DNA from: Takakia lepidozioides
Taxonomy: Eukaryota; Plantae; Bryophyta
Direction of reading: 5' to 3'
DNA length: 64,000 nt
Assembly: GCA_030704615.1 (NCBI GenBank)
Contig: CM060732.1
Coordinates: forward strand, 42,780,001 to 42,844,000
The position numbers and the translations under genes are program-made. Below are positions 1-12,460 of this stretch, in pieces. The first letter of the stretch is position 1, and each line of letters starts with the position of its first letter. The notes below the pieces were generated by a model. The model was not told the DNA's origin and did not search any database. It was given only the letters and a program-made list of their open reading frames with translations.

Positions 1-399
1 CTGACGTCGTCGAGGCAGCAGCTGCACTAGATAAGGACGCTGAGTTACGACTAAAAGATATGGAAGACCCAATGAATTCCTACTCGAGTCATGCTGGAGA
101 GTTGCATGAGGAGGCCCAACTTACCTGTACTGCAGCAGGCTTGGCCTCCTTATGGAACCGACAATGTTGTGGAGCACGAAACTTCTATACCCGAAAATCA
201 GCAACATTTTTATGCCTCCTGGCAAGGATTTGCAGACGTGCCTAGAAGAAACGACCGTGGCATTATACCGAACTTCCTCTCGCATCTAAGAATTCTGAGT
301 CGATGGGTCCGAAGGTTTTTCGCGAGCTTGGGCGGGGCTCTACGATATCCGAGACGGATCCGAAGGAAGATAGCTGAGAGAACTGTGTCCGAGAATGCA

Positions 400-696
400 A
401 GTCATATTCTGGCACCGGATTCTAGGGCCCTACAGACAGAGATAGACCAGGACCCTGCAGACGAGAGCCCTTAAATCCGGCCCTACTAGGAATTAAGTGA
501 ATGGAGGCTGCAGGATGGCGGCTGAAGGCCTCTGATCGAGCAAAGTGCTCTCACGGAGCTGATTTGTCTTCACTCCTCGATTTTCAGACACCGAGGGAGG
601 GGCAGAGGAGTGTGACACATAAATATCCACGTCCGCCGAAAATTACACGCATGAAAAAAATTAAATTAGATTTAATTTTAGTAATTTGAGAGGGCC
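400..696 (+). repeat. Dispersed repeat (unit Y) containing an LTR-end-like motif; other copies at ~32898-33195 (+) and ~49242-49552 (-)
   Basis: agtcatattctggcaccggatt...gagggaggggcagaggagtgtgaca...ttttagtaatttgagagggcc recurs almost base for base at the other two loci. Confidence 0.85.
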
Positions 697-2641
697 TGTG
701 ATGCATATATTGGTACAAATTTCTTTTCAGATCGTTTTTTATCTTAAGACAGACAGTTTAGGCATTGTACTGCCAAAGCAGGGCAATTTGCGAGTTATCT
801 GGGAATCGCTAATAAAGCACGTAGGACTTTAGATCATGTCTGAGACGACCATGGAGAAGTTTTGGCGTCAAAATGACCGTAGGGAGCTGCATCGACAGCG
901 AGTTAGGCTGCCAATTCGGTACCAGTAACGACAACATGCACTTGTTTGAAACATTACATGACGACTGTTCCAGTCCCGGATTGCGATCTCTCTATTCTCC
1001 CGCCTTTCAAGTCCAGTAGGAGCACGCGGCGAGGAGTCTTGGCAATTGGAGGAAACAATATGTATAGCGATGAAATATCGCGACAAAACAAGTGCTGCAT
1101 CGGAGCAAACGACGGATGAATGAGCTTCCCGGCGAAGTTTTGAACTCCTCAATGATGCAAAGTGTGTAGGAGGGAACTCCAGATGATCTGTGACCTAGAC
1201 CCTGGGGGCACCACCCGTATTTTTACTGCCAGGAAGCGGCAGACTGCTTATATGGCAAAACCATGGAAACCAACCAAATGTATGTCTTTTCTTTTCCGAT
1301 TTCCTTGAGATTTTACAAGAAGCTACGGGGCATCTAATTATAATTTGTCACCAAGTTTGGGGATTTTTTGAGGTGATGAAAGACGGCATCAAATTATCAA
1401 GCCAGAGGCAGTTGCGAAAGATGATTAAATGGAATTCTAGTTCATCCAATGGATGAAAATTGGAAATAAGACTTGCAAGCTGGATGGATGAGAAGACAAC
1501 CTAGCGCCAACTGGTCATCCATTGGATGGATGAAAAACCAGATTTATCATTACACCAAGGTTTTCCATCTATGGTTATTATTTTATGGTGATCTATCGTT
1601 TTTAAATTATAGACTCATGTAGGAAATAATAGTTTCAGACTATCCTTCACTAGTTTAAGAGGCCCCAAAAACATAATAAAAGAAGAGCATGCTCCTCGAT
1701 TAATTGAGCCCCAAACAATCTTGATGGCATCTTAGTTCTATCCATGATGTTTATTTTAGACAGGATTTAGCAAGCTAATTTCAGGAGCAGTAGCCTAGTG
1801 GGGATGAAAGCACTAGAGGAGAATGGCTCAACAGGTTAATTATGTTAATAACTTCCTCTACTTTGAACCTCTAAGGTCATGTAATATCTTTAATAGATGG
1901 GGCTTTATGTATGACCAATTCTAGTGACGACTCAAGGTTGGAGACTAGTTTTACTGTAGAGCATGAATAGGGTGCCATAGTGCCACGTCATCATCGTCAT
2001 TTGTTCTACATCTGCCTTGTCTGCCCGAAAAATTTATTACCTATAAAAAGTTAAAATAAGAAGATGTCATCTATGTTCGCCACGTTTCCAAGGCCATGTC
2101 ATCAACATACATTCTTGAAGCTGCCCGGATTGCCTAGGAGAGAAAAACTGAATTATGAAAATCATTTTTATTAAATCTGCTATAATCTTAATTATAATAT
2201 ATAATATATAATATAATTAACTATAATTTCTATAATCCTTTCAGCATTGTTGTGGTGCAACAATACCCTTGATATAGACTTGTTCATGGTCTGAGTGTAG
2301 TCACCGCAAGATATGACATAATGTTATCCCCCCGCTACCTTAGCATAATTCAATAATCCTAAATAAAACACAAGTTTTTGCTTTGTAAAGTTTTTATATA
2401 TTTATATTAATATAGCATATCAAATATTCATGTTGCTGCTGATATTTAAAAATAACCTATTAAAAAATGTTGTATATTAGAAAAATATATAATTATAGGG
2501 TGTAGAAAAAACCAAAAAAATAAATTAATACCCCCCAGAAAAATACCTTTTTTATCTCACGTGTCTACCAAATTGACAAGGAGCGGCCCCCCCGAGCTCC
2601 ACATAGACGATCTTCATGTTAAATTGTTGTCGTCACTCCGC

Positions 2642-4965
2642 CTAACGAATTTGTCTCTTCAATAGATCTTTTTGTGTATCCAAGTACACCAACGGTTTAT
2701 GGTCTGTCTCCACTACGAACTCTTTGTCTCCAAGATAGTGTTTCCAATGTTTTGTAGCCAAAACAATAGCCAATTCTTCTTGTTCGGTTGTATGATAATT
2801 ATGTTCCGCAGGTAACAATTTGCAAGAAAAATATGTCACTGGATGTCATCCATCTTCTCATTCTTGTTGTAACAATACTATTGAGCCTGACGCATCTATC
2901 GAGAGCTTGATTGGTCTTGTCGGAGGGTGACTGCAGCCTACAATGTCCATTTTTGCTGTCACAGCACTGTTTTTTCCTGACATAAAATAGTGGTAAATTA
3001 TCATACTCCTACATGACAATGTCATCAATAAAAAAAAACTAATACACAGAGACTCATCTACAGATACTTTCACACTTATCAAAAACCAAAATCTCTAGAT
3101 GCTATGGACTTTTAAGAAATCCATATAGAATTGTCACAGTCCATTAAAAATGATGTTATGGATTTTTTTTAATATAGGAGTTAGAAAAAAGTCAAGAAAG
3201 TGGACTTTCTCAACCTTGCTTTGGAGAATGATGAATCTGGAATAAAAACTATAATTCAAAAATATGAAGTTAAAAAAACATTATGTATTATATTGAGCAT
3301 AAAAAATAGTTATTTCCATAAAGTTCTTTATAAATAAATTCTTTTGAAATAACAAAAAACAATTCATTAGACGCATTCATTCACCATAAATGGAGGGCTG
3401 AATATGATCAACTTTCAAAAAAATATGTGAATTGATATTATCGCAATTTGAAAATCTTGGTTTTAACAGTCAATAATAGACGGACAAGATTGTCAGTTGA
3501 AGCAAATCCGATGGTTGAGGATTCACCACATCCTCTTTTATGTACTCATGATCTGTCGTTTTTGGTCCACTCTAGTTTGCAATCACCCCGGATCATACCA
3601 TTTCAAGATCGGAGCATGAAGCAACGCATCTTTGAAGGCCTGAAATGCTAACTTCTCTTCTGTAGCCCACTTCCATCTAATTTCTTTGCCCAAAAGATTT
3701 GTCAATGGTTGGGCAATCTTCGAGAATGTTCGTACAAATCGTCTGTAGAATCCAGTAAAGCCAAAAAAAACTACTTAATTGGGTGGTGTCTTCAGGGGCT
3801 ATCTAATACTGAATAGCTTCTATTTTGTTACTTATCACCTCAATTTCTTTCTTACTCATGCGATGCCCCAAATAATATACTTCTTGTTTTCCAAACTCAC
3901 ATTTAGATGCTTAAGCATATAGCTGATTCTCACGGAGAACTTGTAGTACTTGTTTGAGGTGGTCTCTATACTCGACAAGGTTGTTACTGTAGATCAAAAT
4001 ATCATCTAAAAATACTATCACAAATCTATCTAAGAATGGGCAGAAGATATCATTCATGAGGCCCATGAATGTGGTTGGGGCATTGGTGAATCAAATGACA
4101 TAACCATGTATTCAATGTCCATACCTAGTGCGGAAGACGGTCTTATATACATCTTCATCCGCGACTCGAATTTGGTTGTATTCACTCCTCAAATCCAGCT
4201 TCGAAAAGTATTTTGCTCTTCGCAATTGGTCAAATAGATCGTCCATGCGTGGTAACGGGTATTTATTCTTCATTGTCTACTGGTTGAATGCTCGATAATC
4301 AATGGACAACCGCATTGCTCCATCTTTTTTCTTCACAAACAACACCGGCACTCTATACAGGCCCCGGGGATACACTTGGTTTTATAAAGTCCTTTGATAA
4401 TAGGTCATCCACTTGAGCCTTACATTCTTCCAACTCGTTTGGTGCTAATCGATAAGCGACTTTACAAGAAGGAGTACTACTTGGAACAACCTCAATCTTA
4501 TGATCTACTCTTCTCTTTGGCGGAAGGCTGTGAAGCGTGCTGGTAGGTCATCTGAAAATACACCTTTGAACTCTTTCAATACACTACGTAATTCTATAAT
4601 GATCTCACTCATGTTTTTTTCTGGATTTTCCACGTCTCTTATTAAACCTACAAATAATAAGTCATTCTTACATATAGTACAAACGATGGTAGGTTTCGAT
4701 ATAGTGTCCTCACTTGATCTCCTCATATTTTCCAATTCTGGGTTTTGACTATCTTTCAACGCCAATCAACATCGGGGTTGTGAGATTTCATCCAAGGCAT
4801 GCCTAATGTTACGTCATATCTAGCTAGTATGATCACTCGTCATTCTAAGGTTTCTTTATATTTACCGACCGTCAACTTTATGCTTTTAGGTAGTGTCTCA
4901 ATGGCCTCTGTATGTCCATTTGGCATTCCTACTTCATCTCTTTCATCTTTCTCTAAAGTCATAGT
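2642..4965 (-). pseudogene. Decayed Ty3/Gypsy pol (RT-RNase H), interrupted by unrelated sequence at ~2930-3660
   Basis: The RNase H-type ORF 2642..2839 reads YFSCKLLPAEHNYHTTEQEELAIV...ETDHKPL. ORF 4505..4765 reads VLKEFKGVFSDDLPAR. The nucleotide sequence is the reverse complement of the RT copy at 9800-11335. Many stops and frameshifts. Confidence 0.85.
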
Positions 4966-5904
4966 TTCAAGGCAGCCTTTCTAGATAAGAAGTTTTACTG
5001 GTTATCTTCGTTTTCCTGCTCATTGTGATGTTCGTCATTTTCTCCTCTCTTTAAACTGTTAAGAGGTCTTCGATACGTTTGTCGATTGTACCTTCCACTT
5101 CGATAATTGGCCGTAAGATACGGCTCGACCTTACACGTCTTCGTCATCTTTTGTAGTAATGGCTCCGACCCACCAGCAACCAGTCCCAATGCGGTTGATT
5201 GTCTTACTTGTTTAAGCTCCTCTATCAACACGTTATTTTGTTGTTGGGTCATGACGAAAACATTCTACAAGTCATGGTTTGCTGAGTAGTGTAATTATAT
5301 CTATTCTCTTATCTTAATACAGTACATAAATAGTACAATCCCAAACCATCCCGTACGTGACTATTGATAATACGAAATGAACTTTTGAACTGATGACAAG
5401 GTTCATGAATTCTACTCCAAATTCTGCAACTAAAAATCTTATGTTTGTCAATTGCACGCACATTGATACTAAATATATTTGGCGGTGGAAAATTTGGCGG
5501 TATGTATCTACCTCGATCCATGAACTATGTATATAACATATGTATACCTTCCAATTTTTAATAATATGAAAGACGACAGGTTGTGGGTTTTGTAACACTT
5601 CTTGATATCGTTCCTCTTCAAGTATCCGTACTATCAATTTCTATCTTACGTCGACATATAATTTTAAATTCACACTCAGAAGGAAAATCACGGAAAGGGG
5701 GTCGATTTAGGTCCATAAAATTTTTATTTTATCCGGCCGAGGCTCGCGTAACTAAGAACCACTTCGACTTGCAGCTACTGTCCCCTTTCAAGGGTGGGCC
5801 CTATATACATATAACATATGTCCACATGACACCAAATAACCAGGGGTATGAAGTACCTCTGAGAATCTAGGGTACCCGAAGGTATCCAGGGATACCAAAG
5901 ATGA

Positions 5905-6780
5905 GGTGGATTCGAGTTTCCGCTTATTGGTTATGATGGCTGTGAAAGAACGAAGTGTCGTAAGGTGGATGTCTTTAAAGCATGTATGGATGGAGATGGT
6001 GGGGATTTTAAAATTATTTTGAAGTGTTGAAATATTGTCGTTGTGTACGCCCCATCTGGTTCGTGCGGAGTCTGGAGATGACGGAGAGCGGCGAATAGCA
6101 AAGATAAGCGGAGCGTATTTTTGGCGCTTTTCGAGGATGGAGGTGTGCGGAAAGCAGTCGTGGCAGTACGTAAATTCGATGAAGTGTATGATTAGTGGAG
6201 GGGTAGGAATAGAGGATGGAAGGACATTGGTGGGGAGTCCCTGAATTAATAGGATGTCCAGGCAGAGCTTAACAGAACATGTGCATGTAACAAGGGGTTG
6301 GCAAATACAGGGTAATAGCCAGGACGGTACTGTATGGTCTGGGGGTCTACCTTGGTAAGTGCCAGCATTGATGAGTGAGAACCATCTGGTTTCTTTATGT
6401 CGTTGTAATAGTTTGTAAATGTATCATAGAGCTTGATTGTGTCTTGCGATACAAAGGCCATGCAAGACTAGGTGGGAGCATTTACTGAGGATATGTGGCC
6501 AAGTATCAGGTACTGCATGTATATGGGAGCAGAGGGGGCAGTGTGTGGATGTAAAAATGGTTGGCCAGAAGGTATGCTTACGCTGGTGCCCCATATACTG
6601 GGCAAATCTAAACCTAAGTGTTTGTTTGAATTGTGCGTCAGATGCGGCTTTAGTGTGCCAGAAGTGGTTCGACAGTTTATGATAAAGTATTGTGGAGTGT
6701 GTCCATTGGATATGTTGTTTGGTATAATGAGAGATGTAGCGGCTTGTTTGTTGCTTCTTTAGAGAGAGTAGAGTGGAGAT
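5905..6780 (-). mobile_element. 3' fragment of a non-LTR retrotransposon with a restriction-like endonuclease (RLE) C-terminus
   Basis: Manual minus-strand translation gives HCPLCSHIHAVPDTWPHILSKCSH...IARHN (CCHC knuckle plus RHN), then KLCLDILL (PD motif position)...IHFIEFTYCHD...KRQKY...NKRKLE. This is the typical RLE layout. Confidence 0.7.
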
Positions 6781-6879
6781 TAAGAATAGGTTTAGGTTCA
6801 GAGGAGGTTTGGAATTGAATGTATTAGCCAGAAAATGTGGGTATGTGCAGTGTGGATCCTAATATATATATATAAATCA

Positions 6880-7010
6880 AAACCACTAGAGTTCGCGGTC
6901 CCATTGTATTAGATATTTTCTTAAAAATGGGGACCGCCAAAGCTGGCGGTCCTGAATTTATTAAATAATTTTAATAAAATCGAGACCGTCAGAACTGCGG
7001 TCTCGAATTT
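6880..7010. repeat. Short array of GACCGCCA-N(2-4)-TGGCGGTC hairpin motifs in AT-rich DNA
   Basis: gggaccgccaaagctggcggtcctg at ~6929 and gagaccgtcagaactgcggtctcg at ~6982. Confidence 0.75.
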
Positions 7011-7439
7011 ATTAAATAATTCTTAACCCCTAAACGACGATGTAACCTAAAACTGGTCACGTCGTTCTTCATCCAATTTGTATCTCGTCGGATGAATTCC
7101 AATGAAGATTGGCCAGAATGAAAAATTGCAGCACACTCGTTCTCTCTCACATCGGCAATCGCACACTAATCAAATCGCTGGAAAAAACGAGAGCCAAGGG
7201 TGGGATAGATTAAAAGATATCGTCTGCAATGACTGAAAATAGTCAATCAATCCGCGGAAATAGGTGTCTCCTGCAGAATTACGCCCTGTAAGTTCCAAAT
7301 TCAAATATGACATGACGTAGTCTATGTTGGGCTTACGGCTCCTGGGCTCACCATGCTCAAGCCTTTAGGCACGGAACAGCACTCCCTACAACTTGTGTCT
7401 TCTAGAAATGTTTTATTAGGGGTGGGAAGTCACAAGTTG

Positions 7440-7905
7440 TTTGCACATATCAGCGCTTCTATGGATAGCACGACATACAATGAACGTTTTATCAAGGTAA
7501 AAGCGGATGATAAGGATTTACTGGAGTTGACGAGAGATGATTTACAACACTTGGGTGTAAAAGTACTCAAACATGTCAAATGTTTGATAGGCTGGATTAA
7601 GCGTTATACCATAGATCTTTGTTCCGATGAAGATGATGCATATAGTCCAATTCTGCAAGAAGAGAAAACTCTTCTAACTTTCAAATCCATGCTATCTAAC
7701 GACCACAAAGTTAGAGCATCATCTTCAGCCCGCGTAGAAGTCAGTAATAAAGAAACAGGCTTTTGATAGCATGGTTCTTGTACAAATCGTTAGGTATAAT
7801 GAAGGAAGCCCAGAATGTATGATTCGTTACGAGTCACTTCTTGACGATACGTCAAAGAAATTGGAGGAATGAGATGATATAAAGATGATCCATCCAATCC
7901 CTCAA
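7440..7905 (+). pseudogene. SAM-domain plus Agenet/Tudor-like gene fragment with premature stops
   Basis: YNERFIKVKADDKDLLELTRDDLQHLGVKVLKHVKCL is SAM-like. RVEVSNKETGF**AWF...RYESLLDDTSKKLEE*DDIKMIHPIP fits the Agenet pattern VEV-S-E-GF--AWF...IRP-P. Confidence 0.6.
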
Positions 7906-8934
7906 TCTCTTCTCATTTTCAACTGGTTATTGGTGTACTTTGTTTTCATGTCATACACTACGGCGATTCAAACAACGTACGTCATTTTTCAACTTCTCAA
8001 ATGAGATTTGGAGCATCCAGCACCCAGCCCAAAACATCGATTGTAATTTTTTGTCTATTTAGAAAACATATTAAAAAATTACACATGCTTCCATTCCCTC
8101 ATCAATCACCATAAATGCCTCAAAAATGCTTAAGATCATTCATCCCTCACAGTACATGATTTTTGCTTGCATAAGCTTGATATCGCAAATTCAGTATATT
8201 TCGCTTCGAAACTTTTGACGTATGTTTTTCTTTGCAAGATGAACGACTGATGTTTTGTACCACACTTTCTTAAGTTACTTTCGAGCGTCATATTTCTCCA
8301 ATATACATCGAATATTTCTTTATCATGTACGCATGACGTACATCAAGACTTGAGCCTCTATGAAACTGTTGTTTGATCTTGCGATCAGTTGCAACGAAGC
8401 ATTTCATACAGTACATCATAGTAGACTTCCTCAAGTATCATTTTTAGCTCTTTTGTGCATAAGATTAACACTTAAAAACAAACTATTGTGGTTTGATAAT
8501 CTGCAGTCCAACATTGTTCTGCATAGCTCGAACAACTAGTAGGGTTTTTGTTTTGGCTTCTGTGTTCATTTCTTTTCTCTGTGTTCAGTTTCTCTTCCTC
8601 GCAAGTACCATCTCGCTTCATGAGGAGAACGGAAGATGAGGCGTCTTCCTCATCGAAGAGACATGTCTACGTCATCTTATCATACAGCAATTCCGTTAAT
8701 GAAGTGGAGAAGATCGCGAAGGATGAGGTGAATCTGGCGGGCCTAAATCGAACCGACAAATTATCACGTCTGACTTGGCATCCCAAATTATCAAGAAACA
8801 AACAATCAATTATATTTTCAAAAAAAAAAATAAAACGACAATTGTAACTGGCGGCAATGGCCACAGCTGGCGAATTTTATTTTTCTTTGTTAAATTCAGA
8901 ACGATCCCGATATTTTTATTATTAAAAATTAAAT

Positions 8935-9345
8935 TAAGAACCGCCAAAACTGGCGGTCCTGATTTTTTAAATTTTCTACATTTTATTGATTTTGAAACTT
9001 TCAAAAGTGGTAGGCCCGATTTTTTTTAAATTAATTATTTATTGATTTTGGGAACGTCAGAGGTGGCAGTCACAATTTTCTTAAATATTTTTAGTTAAAT
9101 CCAGGATCGATAAAGCTAGCGGTCCCAAAAAAAAAAAAAAATTGGATTTTTTTTCCAATTAAATTGGGACCGCTAATAGCTGGCAGTCCTGATTTTATCC
9201 AAAAAAATTAAATTAAATCCAAACGCTAATTATAGCATTATCAAAAAATAATTCTTAAAACAAATTAAAAATTAAAATAATTGGGATTACCACTATAGCA
9301 ATCTCGATTTTATCCAATAAAAATAAAAATCGGACCGCCAGCTCA
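8935..9345. repeat. Array of the same GACCGCCA/TGGCGGTC hairpin motif with AT-rich spacers, ending in (TA)n
   Basis: Examples: gaaccgccaaaactggcggtcctg, gggaacgtcagaggtggcagtc, gggaccgctaatagctggcagtcctg, cggaccgccagctc. Confidence 0.75.
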
Positions 9346-9799
9346 ATTTTATCTTTATATATATATATCTTAATCGTATCCTCCCCAAGAGGATATTAAC
9401 TCTCAACTTCAAGAAAGACTAGGCTCTCATACCATTATAACATCCAGGATCTACAAAGACTATAATTGAAGTGTTTGTCAACTTTTTCCCAAAACACTCG
9501 ATGTCTTTTAGACTTTCATTGCAGGTTTATATATCCTTCACAATATGATTATTTGGTTTTACTTGAGCGCCTCAAGTCAAAACTTTGTAAAATCAACCTT
9601 CGTAGGTTTGACATATTCATCCACAATATGACTTTCTAAAACATATGACCTATTCTTCATAATATGAATATCTTATAGGTTTGACTTGAGAGCCTCAAAC
9701 TTCTTAGGAACATTCCTAATTATTTTGGAACTTCTAGGGAACTTTCATCTTCCATCTAGAATCTTCTAGATTCTATCATGTTACACTGCCTTGAAATTA

Positions 9800-11335
9800 T
9801 GACTTCCATTGGAAAAATAAAAGAGATGAAGTAGAAATGTCAAATGGACATACAGAGATCATTGAGACACTACCTAAAAGCATAGAGTTGTCGATAGGTA
9901 AATATAGAAAAACTTTAGAATGACGAGTAGTTAGACTAACTCGATATGACGTAATATTAGGCATGCTTGGATGGAATCTCACAATCCCGATGTTAATTGG
10001 CGTTGAAAAATAGTCAAAGCCCAGAATTAGAAAATATAGGGAGATAGAGTGAGGACACCATTATCGAAATCTACCATATTTTATTATAGGTACTACAGCT
10101 ATATGTAAGAAAGATTTATTATTTGTAGGTTTAATAAGATCCGTGGAAAATCCAAAAAAAGACATAAGTGAGGTCCATATAGAATTACAGAGTGTATTGA
10201 CAGAGTTCAAAGATATATTTCCAGATGATCTACCATCACGGCTTCCACCAAAGAGAAGAGTAGATCATAAAATTGAGGTTGTTCTAAGTAGTATTCCTTT
10301 TTGTAAAGTCCCTTATCGGTTAACACCAAACAAGTCGGAAGAATTGAAGGCTCAAGTATATGACATCGCCGAAAAAATTGTGGCAGCAAAAATCCGAGAG
10401 GTCTTACCAGACCCACCCCATTTGGACGGGGGTCGAAAAACGTTTGATGGAGGTAGAGGTCGATGTAATAGGTGCAAAAGTATCCACATTCTCAATCCGA
10501 AGGCAGTTGGAACACATGAGGCCGTGACCGCCGGGCTTTGGATGTTGTCCACGTCCATTTAGGCGATGGAGGAAACATTTCGCATAGCTCGGCCCACAAT
10601 TTACCAACATGACGGTGCAGGCGTTGATCCTATGTGAGTTCCGGGGCCGAGTTCAGTTGCAAGAACCTGTGAGCCTCTATAATAATCACACTCCAGAGTG
10701 CCGGTGTTGTTTATGAAGAAAAATGTTGGATCAGTGCGGATGTGCATTGATAATCGAGCTCTCAATCAGCAGCCGGTGAAGAATAAGTACCCGTTACCAT
10801 GCATAGACGATCTATTTGATCAACTGCGAGAAGCAAAATACTTTACAAAGCTGGATTTGAGGAGTGGATACAACCAAATTCGAATTGCTGATGAAGATGT
10901 ATATCAGACTGTCTTATGCACTAGGTATGTACAGTTCGAATACATGGTCATGTCATTTGGTCTTATCAATGCCCCAGCCACATTCATGGGGCTCATGAAT
11001 GATATTTTTCGTCCATTTTTAGATAGATTTGTGATAGTTTTCTTGTATGATATTTTGATTTACAATAAGAGCCTTGTCGAGCATAGAAACCACCTCAAAC
11101 AAGTATTACAAGTTCTTCATGAGAATCGACTATATGCCAAAGCATCTAAATGTGAGTTTGAAAAACAAAAAGTAGATTATCTTGGGCATCGCATGAGAAA
11201 GAAGGGAATTGAGGTGATGAGTGACAAAATAGAAATTATTCAGCATTGGATAGCCCCCGAAGACATTACCCAATTAAGGAGTTTTCTTGATCATACCGAA
11301 TTCTACAGACGATTTGTACGGGCATTCTCGAAGAC
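9800..11335 (+). pseudogene. Ty3/Gypsy pol fragment (RT), 3'-truncated, with an unrelated insert at ~10340-10690
   Basis: DIFPDDLPSRLPPKRRVDHKIEV...PYRL, then PVLFMKK..MCIDNRALN..KYPLP..LDLRSGYNQIRI..MSFGLINAPATFM..FLYDILIY (YxDD mutated)..ASKCEF..LRSFL. Confidence 0.9.
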
Positions 11336-11754
11336 CGACAAAGATCAAAATAAAAATAATATCCCCATACAATTTTTATTTTTTTTCGCACGTGATGTAA
11401 TATAAAAGATATAAGGAGTGGCTCCCCCAAAATCAACACATTGGTACATTGCTGGACTGCGATTAAAATACACTAAGATGGCTGCAAGGAAAATCATGAT
11501 CTAGCGACTAAATCCGACTTATGCTACCTCGTGGATTTGTCTGTGATTAATGAAATGTCATACAAAGAAAATCGACTAAGGAAAGTATCATTGAAGGGCA
11601 AATGTGACCTTCCAATGATGATCGAATGAGTGAACATCATATACTTGAAAATTGAATTATCTTTGATTTTCTCTTTCGCTGTAGTCAAGAAATAAATTGT
11701 GATCTAACTGACAACAAACTCCCAAATTTTTAAATAACACTTAATAAAGCGTGA

Positions 11755-12460
11755 TCGTCAGCTTTGGTGATCCCCAATTTTTTGAAAAAAAATAAAAAAA
11801 AAAATCGAGACTGTCAGCTCTGGCAGTCCTGATTTTTAAGAAGATTTAATAAATTCGAGACGGCCAGCTCTAGCAGTCTCAAATTTTAAGAAGATTAATA
11901 AATTTAGGGCCGTCAACTCAGATGATATCGACTTTCAATAAGAAATTTTAATAAATCGGAACCGCCAGCTCTGGTAGTATTGATTTTAATTTAAAATAAA
12001 TATATAAAAACCGTTAGCTCTGAATACTGATGGTCTCGATTCATTAAATGTTTTCTTAAAAATCGGGACCAGAGAGTTGACGATCCCAAATTTATTAAAA
12101 AGATGGGGTCTGCCAACATTAACAATCTCAAATTAAGTTACATATTTCAAAATTTTATAGAACCACTAGCACTGGCGGTCCGAATTTTATTTAAATAAAA
12201 TCTGAAAAAATATATAAACCTAATTAGATTTAATCAATTTTTTTAAATATATATATTGTCTATCTAGCTGACATTGTACCTTTTGTTTTTTTTTGTTTTG
12301 GCCACAATGGTTATTTTATCCTATTTTTAGCTTATGCGACATCTTTCTTTTATCTCCTATATGTTTTTGCTTATTTTTATATAAGATTGGCATGACACAG
12401 GACATCAACATCAGATGACGTGACTTAGTGTAACCTGATGTCACGTTAGTGTGCAACCTT
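11755..12460. repeat. Hairpin-motif array (~10 units) plus a conserved flank shared with 34250-35420
   Basis: Examples: gagactgtcagctctggcagtcctg, gagacggccagctctagcagtctc, ggaaccgccagctctggtagt. The downstream ...cctgatgtcacgttagtgtgcaacc matches ...cctgacgtcatgtcaatgtgcaacc at ~35400. Confidence 0.75.

Noticed and set aside
11755-12185. CRISPR-like look of the GACCGCCA hairpin arrays
   Set aside because: Spacers are low-complexity A/T tracts and the arrays are dispersed at several loci, as expected for TE subterminal repeats.
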